Origin: Escherichia phage vB_EcoM_E9.1
Sequence record: PP886230
DNA: 64,000 nt
Direction: 5' to 3' (one strand)
In this document: positions 1-11,400 of the stretch, piece after piece
How the letters are laid out: every line of letters starts with the position of its first letter
Position numbering within the stretch: the stretch's first letter is position 1
Translations under genes and position numbers: made by a program
Notes under the pieces: generated by a model
Database searches by the model: none
Told to the model about the DNA's origin: nothing
The model's input: only the letters and a program-made list of their open reading frames with translations

Positions 1-154
1 CTCGCATCAGACCTTGTAGTGGTGTTTCGTTATGTTCAAGCTTTCCACCAACAAATGCCCAGTTGTTAGAATAGGTACTTCTTTCAGAACGCAAGTTTAA
101 CATCATATGTCCAGTACTTTTTGATAAAAATATAGCACCAACCGCTTCATTCAT
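1..154 (-). CDS. Nudix hydrolase, N-terminal fragment; gene continues beyond the window edge
   Basis: Minus-strand ATG at 154-152 with GGAGG SD 6 nt upstream. Hand translation MNEAVGAIFLSKSTGHMMLNLRSERSTYSNNWAFVGGKLEHNETPLQGLMR contains the start of a Nudix box (G-x5-E-x7-RE). Confidence 0.5.
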   Translation of the reverse strand, partial: MNEAVGAIFLSKSTGHMMLNLRSERSTYSNNWAFVGGKLEHNETPLQGLMR

Positions 155-167
155 AACAACACCTCCT

Positions 168-1511
168 TTATTTGTCAGTGAAAGTTATTTTCCAATATCC
201 CTGACGATACACTGGCATGATACTTTTATGCCATTTAAATTTGTCATTATATCTATAATAACCATTGTCTTCTTTATTATAAATGTAATTTCGTACAGTA
301 GATGGATCAATTAATTGTGCACCGTCATTTGTAATTTTAAACAAATAATTTGATGGGATTTCGGTTTCTTTATAAATGATGTTATGTATACTGTTATTTA
401 CATAATATTGTTCAGGTAATGCACTTGAAAGTACTGAATCTTTCTGCACAAACCCATGTATAGTGTAATCAACAGTATAATTGGTATTATCAAGCTGTAC
501 TATAATTTTGTTGGCATCTTCATTTTCACCATACGACGCTATATGACCTTTTAGTGGGTTGTCTTCTTCAATAGATTGTTGAAATTTAATCCCTACTTTT
601 TTGTCATCAAAATTTGGTTCTAGATATTTAAGATATTTTTCCCATGAATATATTCCACCGTTGGGAGAAACCGCAGATAGCGATTGGCTAACCAAGGTAA
701 GTTGGTATGTATCAGGTAAATTATACTTGGAATTAGTAATTTCTTCAACTTTAATGCATAAATTCTTGGGTGTAAAAACATCTGTTATTATATCTGAATA
801 ATTTCCCATTTCAAAATCAAATTCGTCACGAGCACCTTTAATATTTGTAGTAATCTGTTGGATTAATTTTGGTTTTTCAACAATAGCTGGTAAAGAAAAC
901 CATATTGTCGTTTCAAATGTTAAAACCATTATATCCAAATCTGGGTCAGTTCCTTGTGGAAAACCACGAGTAGAAAACTGACAATCTATTAGTTCAACAT
1001 CACTAAGCGATGTCCAATCTAACGGGTTATCAGATAATTGAAGTTGTATACTAGGTGCAAACAAAGTTGAGATTTGTTCGAATAATTCCATTTTAGTTTG
1101 AGTTTGAGTTACCCAAATATTCAAATCAAACGTAAAAGTCCAAGGTACTGGGTTATGTCTTACAATTTTGTATTGTGTGTCAAGATCTTTTGTGTACTCA
1201 TTAATAGCAGGGGACTTGTTAGAACCCATTACTATAGTTTCGTTGGCATTAGAACGAATATTTTTACGATCCAACTTTAGTTGATTAACACTTATGGTCA
1301 TTATAGGTGCTGATGGGAGAACATTTTCACTATTCCCATTTATAATTGCTGCTGCCATTCTTGAAATATCGGCATAGCGACATGGAACCTTTTTGTATTT
1401 TGGGTTTCCATTAGCATCAATACCATTTTGTACTTGAAATTCACCAAAAACTCTGATAAGATGTTTCAGTACTCTGCGAAATTGACCGTCATAATAATAA
1501 TCTATTTTCAT
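168..1511 (-). CDS. hypothetical virion (tail/baseplate module) protein, 447 aa
   Basis: Long ORF in the track; stop codon overlaps the SD of the downstream Nudix gene; sits in the structural gene block. Function not recognised. Confidence 0.6.
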   Translation of the reverse strand: MKIDYYYDGQFRRVLKHLIRVFGEFQVQNGIDANGNPKYKKVPCRYADISRMAAAIINGNSENVLPSAPIMTISVNQLKLDRKNIRSNANETIVMGSNKSPAINEYTKDLDTQYKIVRHNPVPWTFTFDLNIWVTQTQTKMELFEQISTLFAPSIQLQLSDNPLDWTSLSDVELIDCQFSTRGFPQGTDPDLDIMVLTFETTIWFSLPAIVEKPKLIQQITTNIKGARDEFDFEMGNYSDIITDVFTPKNLCIKVEEITNSKYNLPDTYQLTLVSQSLSAVSPNGGIYSWEKYLKYLEPNFDDKKVGIKFQQSIEEDNPLKGHIASYGENEDANKIIVQLDNTNYTVDYTIHGFVQKDSVLSSALPEQYYVNNSIHNIIYKETEIPSNYLFKITNDGAQLIDPSTVRNYIYNKEDNGYYRYNDKFKWHKSIMPVYRQGYWKITFTDK

Positions 1512-3001
1512 TCTGTGTCCTTATGTATGCGATAAACAGTATTAGGTTTAACTGCGTCATGTAATGGAACTTTGTTATCACTATTTACAAACTGTGTAAG
1601 TGCTAAGTCTGCACCTTCCCACGGTTTTCTTCCACCATAATCAAAAATAACCCATGAATTCTTAGTTGCATTGAATTCCCATAACGTAACTGGAGTATAA
1701 TCGGTGCGATAGAAATAGTCACCATCTACTGCATCAGTTGGGAACATATTTCCTTCAGGGACTGTACCTCGTGCTGGTGGAATTTTAGGACGATAATCTT
1801 GTTGCGAATCAATATTACCATATACACAATTGGACGTGAATGGTTCATTGACATAAGTTACCTTTGGTTCCCCCCACTTGTCATCATTATACTGATAAAT
1901 GTGTGGTTCTTTATAAAAAATACAAAAATCTTCCACATCTTCTGGTGGAACATCACTGGTAGTATATTCTACATCACAATTTAACCATTTTTTAGCACTT
2001 TTATCATATTGATACAACGTATAACCTGTCACATCTGCGTCATTTTCTTTAAAGAAGAAGTCACCATCCATTGGTTTTATGGGAAAGATGGTTCCACGCT
2101 TGACTTCCACAGAAATCCATGTATCATTAACAAACTCTTTGAGTACTGGGTATGTTTTTTTCAAAAAATACATTCCATCGGCAGGTTCTTCTGGAAAATC
2201 ATAACCGTTAAGCATATATTTTGATAAATCTACTGTATCAGGTCGATCATCATACAAATGTTCATTTGTATAATGAATATAGGGTACTTCATCATCAGCT
2301 TGCATGATGATACGGTTCATGATATCCATTTCATTGCCATAGTTACTGTTTTCCGACGAACCATCATCGGTATTTCCATTACCATTATTAGGGTCATCTG
2401 GATTATCAGGATAATTATTGTTACCGAGTAAATCGGAGTACTCAGGTGAGTCGGTTAGCGGTTTAACTCTAAGTTTATAAATGTGATGTTGCCACGTAAC
2501 CGAGTATCCCTCAGATGTACGAAATGCATCTTGGACGACATAGAAGCGGTTTAGACCTGTATCTTTACCCAATACATCAAAATCACGTAAATTTGGTAGT
2601 TCTATCACATCCCCTGGCATGATTTTTCTACCTAAACGCTGCATCATTGTATTATAATGGATTGTGATGTCCATAGTGTTGAAATTAAAGAACAATCCTG
2701 GGATTTTCAAGTCTGGAGTTGCTTCTTGAACTTGATAGACACAACTAAGTGTGATAGCTTCAAGGTTGTAGTTTCTGTTTGGTGTGTCACCAAAAATTAA
2801 ATCGCCAATACTTGACACAACTGATCCTGAAGATGTATAATCACCTCCATAGGATAAGTCAGTGTTGTCAGCAACTTGTTTTGGACCGACATATGCATAA
2901 AGCCACATGTCAACTCCACCAATGTTGTATTGTTCAGCAATGGCAGAATCAATGAACTTGTAATCATTGGTTCTACCTTTTTTCCACATTCTATATGTCA
3001 T
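1508..3001 (-). CDS. hypothetical virion structural protein, about 497 aa
   Basis: Track ORF begins at a TTG (3013); the first ATG at 3001 has a GGAG SD 6 nt upstream, so 3001 is the likelier start. Confidence 0.6.
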   Translation of the reverse strand: MTYRMWKKGRTNDYKFIDSAIAEQYNIGGVDMWLYAYVGPKQVADNTDLSYGGDYTSSGSVVSSIGDLIFGDTPNRNYNLEAITLSCVYQVQEATPDLKIPGLFFNFNTMDITIHYNTMMQRLGRKIMPGDVIELPNLRDFDVLGKDTGLNRFYVVQDAFRTSEGYSVTWQHHIYKLRVKPLTDSPEYSDLLGNNNYPDNPDDPNNGNGNTDDGSSENSNYGNEMDIMNRIIMQADDEVPYIHYTNEHLYDDRPDTVDLSKYMLNGYDFPEEPADGMYFLKKTYPVLKEFVNDTWISVEVKRGTIFPIKPMDGDFFFKENDADVTGYTLYQYDKSAKKWLNCDVEYTTSDVPPEDVEDFCIFYKEPHIYQYNDDKWGEPKVTYVNEPFTSNCVYGNIDSQQDYRPKIPPARGTVPEGNMFPTDAVDGDYFYRTDYTPVTLWEFNATKNSWVIFDYGGRKPWEGADLALTQFVNSDNKVPLHDAVKPNTVYRIHKDTE

Positions 3002-3043
3002 GATTGTCTCCAAAATAAATCGGGTATATCTTTATTTACCTTG

Positions 3044-3071
3044 TAGACAAACCGTAAGAATGTGATATAAT
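3044..3071 (+). promoter_or_regulatory. early sigma70-like promoter (TAGACA-N16-TGaTATAAT)
   Basis: TAGACA 3044-3049, 16-nt spacer, TGn-TATAAT 3063-3071; member of a recurring promoter family in this window. Confidence 0.5.
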
Positions 3072-3111
3072 GTTTATTAATTAGAGTGACGTGAATCACA
3101 TAGGAGAATAC

Positions 3112-5400
3112 ATGAATCTTACTCAATTGTTCAAAAAAAGCGACGAACTGGCAACATCTCTAGGTCATACATTCTTGACTATTGACCACGTAAGTGCCAC
3201 AGTACTGACTATTGATAGCATCAAGAACGTATTTGAAGATATGAACATTGATGCAGACAAACTGCACAACCGCCTGATGAACTATCTTAAAAATACAACA
3301 GTTCCACATGCACCAAAAAGTGTTAAAGATGAAGACGCGAATCGAACTTCACTTCTAGTGAATCGCGTTGTACATGAGCTTTCTAAAAAATCAGTTATTG
3401 AACAACTAAAAAGTGATGATTTTTCGATTGATGCATATTTTGTTCTATTCGAATGTCTGTCTTTCCCTAACACAGCACTAGAAGCTGCGTTAAAAGAAGA
3501 AGGTGTTAGCTGTACTGAAGCTGCACGTGCATTACAGAAACACGTTGAGTCACTTGATAAGGGTATCAACTTACAAAGTATTAATGACGAACCGATTGGA
3601 GATAAAAAAGTGGCCCAACAGCAGCAATCATCTAAACAAAAAGGTTTGGAAGACTATACAACGAATCTAACTGCTCTTGCAAAAGAAGGCAAACTAGATC
3701 CTATGATTGGTCGCCAGAAAGAATTGTCTGCATTGATTGAGACTCTTGCTCGCAAAACCAAAAAGAATGCTATTCTCACTGGTGAAGCTGGTGTAGGTAA
3801 AACACAAATCATCGACGGGCTTGCACAAGCTATTGCTGATGGTAACGTACCTGAACACCTGAAAGACGTTGAAATTCTTTCACTAAATGTTGGTGCATTG
3901 ACTGCTGGTACTAAGTATCGTGGTGAATTTGAAGAACGCATCGACAATTTGCTAAAAGAACTAAAGAAACGTGAAAATACTATTGTTTTCATTGATGAAA
4001 TTCATATTATGGTTGGGGCTGGTTCCGCAAGTAATGGTTCTATGGACATGAGCAATATGCTTAAGCCAGCACTTTCACGTGGTGAGATTCGTGTAATTGG
4101 TGCAACAACATATGATGAATATCGTAAAAATATCGAGAAAGATAGTGCATTAACTCGTCGTTTTATGAAAATTGACGTAGTTGAGCCGACAATTGATGAA
4201 ACTCGTGCAATTGTTAATGGTTTGAAACCAACGTATGAAAAATTCCATAATGTTGAGTTCACATCTGATGCAATGGATGCTGTAATTTCTCTCAGTGATA
4301 AATTCCTGAAGAATAAGCACTTCCCAGATAAAGCAATTGATCTAATGGATGCTGCTGCGGCTAAAGTTCGTTCACGTGACAACAATAGTAAGCTAATTAC
4401 TGCCAATTTGATTCAAGAAGTTGTTGCTGGTATTGCCAATTTGGATATCAACGTGGTTGCATGTACTGAAAGTGATCGTATGCGTAATCTACCAGATGCA
4501 CTACGCTCACGTGTATACGGTCAAGAGGAAGCTATTCAAAAATTAGTTGATAACGTGATGGTAGCTCGTGCAGGACTGCGTGACAAATCTAGTGTTCAGG
4601 GTGCATTTATGTTTGTTGGACCATCTGGTACTGGTAAAACAGAAATTACCAAAGCATTAGCAGACGCAACTGGTGCGGAACTCATTCGCTTTGATATGTC
4701 AGAATTTTCTCAAGAACATACTGTTTCTAAACTAATTGGTTCACCTCCAGGTTATGTTGGTCATGATTCTGGTAACGGTTTACTGTTGGATAAAATTGAG
4801 CAGTTCCCTAATGCAGTACTGTTACTTGATGAAATTGAAAAAGCAGATCGTAAAGTACTACTAACCTTCCTACAGGTTTTGGATGAAGGTCGTCTGACTG
4901 GTTCTCAAGGTAAAACTGTATATTTTAATAACGTAACTGTTATTATGACTACAAACCTTGGTGCGGCTGATTCAACAAAGCGTAGCATTGGTATGAGCGG
5001 TAGTGACACTGCACAGGACAAGGCAATTAAAGCATTCTTGCCACCAGAGTTTATTAACCGTATTGATAGTATCGTTACGTTTAAAGACCTAAGCAGTGAA
5101 GCTATTGACAGCATCATTGATAAGTTCATGGGTGGTTTGAATGAACAAGTCAAAGACCGTAATGTTAAAGTTACATTAACAAAAGCTGCACGTGAATGGC
5201 TTGCGAAAAATGGGGTAAAAGTTGGTATGGGTGCACGTCCAATGAAACGTACCATTGAACAAAACATTCGTGTGCCACTAGCTAAAGAAATGTTGTGTGG
5301 TTCACTTGTGAATGGTGGTAACATTACATTTGATGTTATTGATGGTAAAATCGGTATTAAGCCGAAACGTACCAAAGCTGTAGATAAAGCACTAGTATAA
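3112..5400 (+). CDS. ClpA-type two-domain AAA+ unfoldase (Clp_N repeats, D1 and D2 ATPase modules)
   Basis: Two Walker A motifs ([17 protein letters not shown]) with Walker B FIDEIH and LLLDEIEKA; no ClpB-like coiled-coil middle domain; KRSIGMSGS loop at the position of the E. coli ClpA IGL ClpP-docking loop. Track start is GTG at 3091; ATG at 3112 has an AGGAG SD. Confidence 0.85.
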   Translation: MNLTQLFKKSDELATSLGHTFLTIDHVSATVLTIDSIKNVFEDMNIDADKLHNRLMNYLKNTTVPHAPKSVKDEDANRTSLLVNRVVHELSKKSVIEQLKSDDFSIDAYFVLFECLSFPNTALEAALKEEGVSCTEAARALQKHVESLDKGINLQSINDEPIGDKKVAQQQQSSKQKGLEDYTTNLTALAKEGKLDPMIGRQKELSALIETLARKTKKNAILTGEAGVGKTQIIDGLAQAIADGNVPEHLKDVEILSLNVGALTAGTKYRGEFEERIDNLLKELKKRENTIVFIDEIHIMVGAGSASNGSMDMSNMLKPALSRGEIRVIGATTYDEYRKNIEKDSALTRRFMKIDVVEPTIDETRAIVNGLKPTYEKFHNVEFTSDAMDAVISLSDKFLKNKHFPDKAIDLMDAAAAKVRSRDNNSKLITANLIQEVVAGIANLDINVVACTESDRMRNLPDALRSRVYGQEEAIQKLVDNVMVARAGLRDKSSVQGAFMFVGPSGTGKTEITKALADATGAELIRFDMSEFSQEHTVSKLIGSPPGYVGHDSGNGLLLDKIEQFPNAVLLLDEIEKADRKVLLTFLQVLDEGRLTGSQGKTVYFNNVTVIMTTNLGAADSTKRSIGMSGSDTAQDKAIKAFLPPEFINRIDSIVTFKDLSSEAIDSIIDKFMGGLNEQVKDRNVKVTLTKAAREWLAKNGVKVGMGARPMKRTIEQNIRVPLAKEMLCGSLVNGGNITFDVIDGKIGIKPKRTKAVDKALV

Positions 5401-5410
5401 AAAAAGAAAA

Positions 5411-5437
5411 GGAGAGCATATTGCTCTCCTTTTTTTA
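5411..5437. terminator. bidirectional intrinsic terminator between convergent genes
   Basis: GGAGAGC-atatt-GCTCTCC hairpin flanked by an A-run on the 5' side and a T-run on the 3' side. Confidence 0.7.
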
Positions 5438-8400
5438 TTACTTAACTAATAATATATTTTTAATATCATTACCACTAACTTGTAGACTATCAGTGTATAC
5501 TGAAAGATCTATAGTGTAACTATTTTGTGTGTAACGTTTTAACATATCATAATTACCTAAATTAATTCCATTGAAAGAATATGTAGTATTAAGTTTAAAA
5601 TCATGTTCTGCACTATACATTACACCACGGAGTAAATTATTTGCATTTCTAACTTCAACTTTTTCATATCCAATCGATATAATATCATTCATGTTTGCGG
5701 CTGAACCGGATAAAACATTATTTCTAATACTATAAGGACTTATTGATTTAGGTTGAGAAACATAGGTTGTATTTTCTTCACTAATGGTTGTGATGTTAGT
5801 AACAGTACCACCAACAACACCGATATACATACCGTCAACCATTGGGAATCCATAAACCCATATCCCTTCATTATTTCTAAACGGTTGAATAACACTTGAA
5901 TCATATTCGATAACGTTGATTTCTAAACTATCAGTCATTTTAGTTCTTGCCAATTCACTAAGAACTCCCGCACCCGTAATTGGTAAGTTATAACCGTTAT
6001 CGATAGTAATTCCATCAACATCAAATATTTCATTAGAGATTATCCAAACGTCAACGTCATCTGGTGTTATTCCGTCATTGTACTTACCACCATTTAAAGT
6101 AGTATCGTAGAAAACATCATAATTAATTACATCAATGGTGTAATTTCTATTTTGTTCATACAATTTAATACCATTCTTGACAAATTCAGGGTCAGCAAAT
6201 GTTCTAACACGAACAATGTTCAATGCTAGAGGCTGTACTGGCTCATTTTGTTGTGCAAGAGTGATGTTATCATAACGGAGAACTGCACCAGTACTCTCAT
6301 CAATCAATTCAATCGTTTCCTTACCTGTATTTCTTACAGTGAATAGGATCGGAGTTGTATTGTTTTTGATGTTAGATACACGCAAGATTGTTTCCCATGT
6401 GTGATTTTGATATCTCACAAAATCTTCACCATCAGGAGTGAAAATCATCACCTTATCACCATCAGATAGGTCATTGTCAACTATTTCTGCTTCAGTTAAG
6501 CTATTAATAGATCTCACACGATAGAAATATTTTTCATCAAACTTCGATGTTGTTTTATTAATATCATTTTCAATCTTAGCATATGAAGGAATACTTACAA
6601 TTGCTTCTGTATGTTTATATGGATTGATAATTGCCATACCTTCAGTTTGATATCTGCTGTTATCACGTAATTGTACAAGAGATACATTGTCAAACCCATA
6701 TCCATCAACTGTAAATCTAATTTGACCTACATCACGCCCAGAAGGGTTTATGTCAGATATATCCACAATATAAGGATCAACTTCATCATCTTTAACTTCC
6801 CATTTTATTGAAGAAGTTTGAGATTCCAATGCTAGGTTATCAAATGCATTCATATCATTGAAGTACTTAGCTTCAGTAATACTATCAAGTATATATTGAT
6901 AATCAGAATACATTGGATTATTTTGATCTAGTGGTAAATCATCAAGATTTATTTCAGCTAGTTCAACCATTTCACCATTTGTGATAAAATAATCTTCCAT
7001 GAAATCATCAATACTTTGTTCATCAGGTATACTTTGATATACACCGTTAACATTTAAGTAAACATATTTTCGTGGAATCATTGTAATTGCATAGATATCA
7101 ATTGGGGTCTTACTAAGAATCTCTTCAGCTTTTTCGTACTTATCAGTAGCGTCTTTGTCGAATAACCCTCTCATACCTGCTAATACGTGAATAGCATCAG
7201 TATAGAAACGGGTATCACCACCTACTTCATCATAACGATAAACATATACACCATACTCAACTTCAAGTTTAACTTTTACTTCATAGTCTGATGCGTCAGG
7301 ATTTTTATCTTTAATTAATGAAATGTATTTTTGATACAATTCACTGCTTATTTCAAAATATCCATAGTTATAATCATTACTAGAAGAAAAGCCTAATGGA
7401 AGTCTAGTACTAGGATTGTCATTATAAGTAAGTCCACTAAATCCACATCCAACTTCATCGTGAATTTTCTCATCACTTATATCTTTATAAAGTTTCAAAC
7501 GGTTTGCCAATGTGTTATACTGAACATATTGTCTAAGGTCAGTAAACATATCGTTATGCGTTGATTCTTTATAAACACGTTCCAATGTAGCAGTGAATTC
7601 ATCAGTTGCTTCTAAATCTTCCGCATGGTCTTTATACCACTGGTTAACGCCATATGCTGTTCCTAGTGTTACATCCAATTCTGGATAGTAGATTTGCATT
7701 TGATAAGCAATAAGAAGATCGAAAGTTTCTTCACTATATTCTGGGAAAGAATATATATAACGTTGTAATTCATAGTTACTAACAGCATCCTTTTCATTGG
7801 ATTGATATTTGTTATTAACACTTACTAATTCATTTATGCTTGCCAAATCTTCATTTGGTTTACACTGAATATTATCATAATGCATAATAATATCAATTTC
7901 TTGGAATCTTCTATTTGGTGTAACGAAATCACTTGGTAGTGAACCTACCTGTTCCCATTTTTGGGTAATTTCATTAAATTGAGCGTACTCATAATCCCAA
8001 ATATCTTTTTCAGTTTTGATCCAATAACCATCAACGAAAATATATCCATTAGGATCTAAATCATTACATAGACCTTTTATTAAATCATCATCAGATGTCT
8101 TTTGCTCTATTTGTGAACGAATTTTAGTTCTATAAGGTTTAACTTCTTCAAAATATTCAACAATTTGATTAATCAAATTATCGTTTGAATAGTTTTGAAC
8201 TAATGATTGTTCCAAACCAACAATATAGATATATGATGTTTTAAATACCCAATCCACAACACTTTGTTCAACATGTACATATTTGACCATATCAAAAACA
8301 ATTTCGCTTTGATGTAAATCGAAAGAATTTTTGAGTAAAGCTAGTGCTTTACGAACGTTGATTTCACGATTGCTTAGTGAACCATTATCATTATGAACAC

Positions 8401-11400
8401 TATAATCTGCGTAAAGCATATCATTGAGTTCAACTGTACTGTTTTCACGACCAATCGCTTTCCAATAAATTGAATCGCGTGATTGTGATTTAATATACAA
8501 TGTCCAAATGTTTTCACTATCGGTAACTCTGATAATATCGCCAACTTGGTAGTTTTTAGTATTAGCATCTTCTAAGCTTGACTCTTGAGTATAAGTCGTG
8601 TTACTATCATATCCAACATCATACCAATCAGCATATGACCAGTACTGAGTCATGTCTAATGAGGTTCCTAGTGATTCAACATAATCAGATTGTTTAATCA
8701 TTTTATGTTGTCCCTCACCTTTGTTTTCTAACGTTATAGTAACAACACTACCCGCGTTTGCTGGACTATTCATTAACTGAATATATCCATTTTCGTCGAA
8801 GTGAATAAAATAAACAGCACTAGAAGTTAATGGATTTGGTAGATATCCACTAGTACTTAAAATAACAGCGTCATTTTCTTTAAATTTATCACTTTCAACT
8901 GCAATAACTAATTCATTATTGTAAGACAACACACGGAAAGAAACTTCATTAGGGTTAACTTCAGTGGTTTTAACATTAAACACATCTTCCATAACAACAC
9001 TATTAGTGGTTATGTTTTGTGATCTATAATAATTATTAGCACTTTCTACAAAGTTTCTACGAGCTTCTATAACATTTTGGAACCAAGTTTTGTTTGATCC
9101 TAAACCGTTATCAACATCTGGATATAATAAATTAATCACAGAACCTGATTCAGTAGTTTCTTGTCCAATTAAAGAATTCCACATTGAATCCCAAATTAGA
9201 GGGTTAAAGTTATAACTATCACCTTCCTTGCATAGTTGGTACTGATCATGTTTAACAACTTCAGTATTATCCATGTAATAAGAAATTGTCAAAATACTAG
9301 TATCATCATTAACTTTAAACTGCATATTACTAAGAATAAACGAGTTTTCATTGATTGGTGCAAACCAAGGAATGTTTAACTGTGATGGATCTTTAATAAT
9401 ACGAGCAATATCAGTACATGATTTTGTTCTGGTATGTAGTGGTGGTACATAAATGGTATCACGTACCCAGAAGTAGTATTTTGTAACATAAGTATCAGTT
9501 GAGCTATCATATTCCAAAAATGTACTATAGTTATCTTCAAGAGCGGTTCCGCTTGGTAGATACATAGTATTATTTTTGTTTTTCTTAGCAACGTCTTTAC
9601 AATACTTATCCCAATTATATGGCTCTACTGGAGAACAAACCCATTCCAACACATCAATGGTACTATGTGGTAATAAACGACCCCAGTTATAACGTTTGTA
9701 TTCATTAGTTGCATCAATATCAACGTTTCCGTCTGCATCATAAATTGCACGTGTATAATCCAAATAAAATGCAGTACTTGTATTCCACCATACTTGACCA
9801 ACTTTATCAGCACCCCAAGCCTGAATTAATTCACCATTGCTATTATATTGTGCTGGGTCTATTGGTGACGTATAAGTTACGTTTTGCATTGCTGCACCAG
9901 GAATAACCCCATTGATAGGGTCATACACATTTAGATATAATGCAGTAATGTTAGTACGTTCATCATATGTAGTTGGACGGTCAAAAAAAGTACTTTGTGG
10001 TGCTTTGTAACTATACTTTTTGTCAATATATGCTTGACGCTCTTCTGCACTGGCAAAACGTGATACATAACGATACAAACGTGGACGTGTATCTGGATCA
10101 GTAAATTCAATATCAATAGAAGTGTCAAATGGAACTACCATAACTTTAGGATCAGAACCAGCAGTATAATATTGACTTTCTACTGTTAAAGTATCTGGCA
10201 TAAAGTTAGTTTCATCAACAAAATAATAATAATCACCATCTTCAAGTGGTACATTATCAGTTAAAGTTACTTTACAAAATTGTTCAGCATACACATCGGT
10301 ATTTTCAATAGGTGTTATAGAAACCATTTGTACATTAGTATCAACTAATTCAAAAATATTCCATAAACCATTTCCGTCTTTAAACATCCAAACAGATTCA
10401 GGGTTTTCACCTTTACCATTAGTGTAAGTTATACGGTCATTATATGCAGTACTGAAATCTTTTGTAGTGTAAGATACTTCATCCAATGTTACTGGACCAA
10501 TATCTGGAAGTTGAATGTTTTCACTTCTTCCACTACGCATCGGGAATGAGAACTTACCATTTGGACGTGTAATCCAACGAGGATCTTTACCTTGTTCGCC
10601 GAAGTATACAATATTGTTTCCATTTCCATTTGAAGTAGCGTTTACATCAAAAGATACCATTTGTGGTTGTTGTTTAAATTGGTCATTGATTAGTTTAAAT
10701 TGAAGGTTTTTCTTACCATCAATATTACCATATGTACCAATTTTAAATGCCCATTCTTGTAATGCTTTATATTCATCAGTGTCATATGATTTAGAAACAC
10801 GAAGTACACGTTCTAAAACTTGGTTAGTACCTTTATCGTGAATGAATCCTTTATAGAAATCAACACGACTAACATCACTACTAATCATACGCTGTAGATA
10901 ATCACGAGATTGATAACCAATCAAATGGTTTGACAACTCTTGTAATTGTACATCACTTACTGGAGTTTCACTATCATAATAATGTTGGAAATCCGACACT
11001 AATTTTTCAAATGATGGTAGTGTTCCAGCTTCCAAGATAATAAATCCAGGAGCTTGTAGGCGACCAGTCCATGAACCAGTAATATATCCATACATTTTAA
11101 TTAGTTCTTGAATAGAACCATATGTTGGCTGATAAATGTAATCACCAAAAATAGTTTTATCATCAAAAATAACAGCATGTTCATATGAACACAAACTTAA
11201 ACGAATCAATGCAATGCGTTTATTAGATTCTAAAGTTCTAACAGTGAAGATATTTCCAATACGAGAAGTTTCAATTTCATATTGGCGAATACCTTGGTTA
11301 TTATCATCAAGTAATGACCATACACCACCATTATTTTGCGTAATAGATTGTACTGAACCAAAGTCTGCCCCAAATTTAGCGTTTGCAGAACTTGGGGTAC

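Noticed and set aside
3091-3111. GTG/TTG starts from the ORF track (3091, 3013, 26061, 42012, 44960, 50210) and upstream ATGs (36985, 42393, 52456, 58917)
   Set aside because: In each case a downstream ATG with a properly spaced GGAG-type SD exists, or the upstream codon lies inside a promoter, hairpin or SD. Starts were moved, with the alternatives noted in the evidence.
3282-5375. Antisense ORFs inside the ClpA-like gene (3282-3569, 3654-3992, 4002-4406, 4905-5375)
   Set aside because: They lie entirely within a well-supported coding frame on the other strand, have no SD or start context, and have low-complexity composition typical of antisense artefacts.
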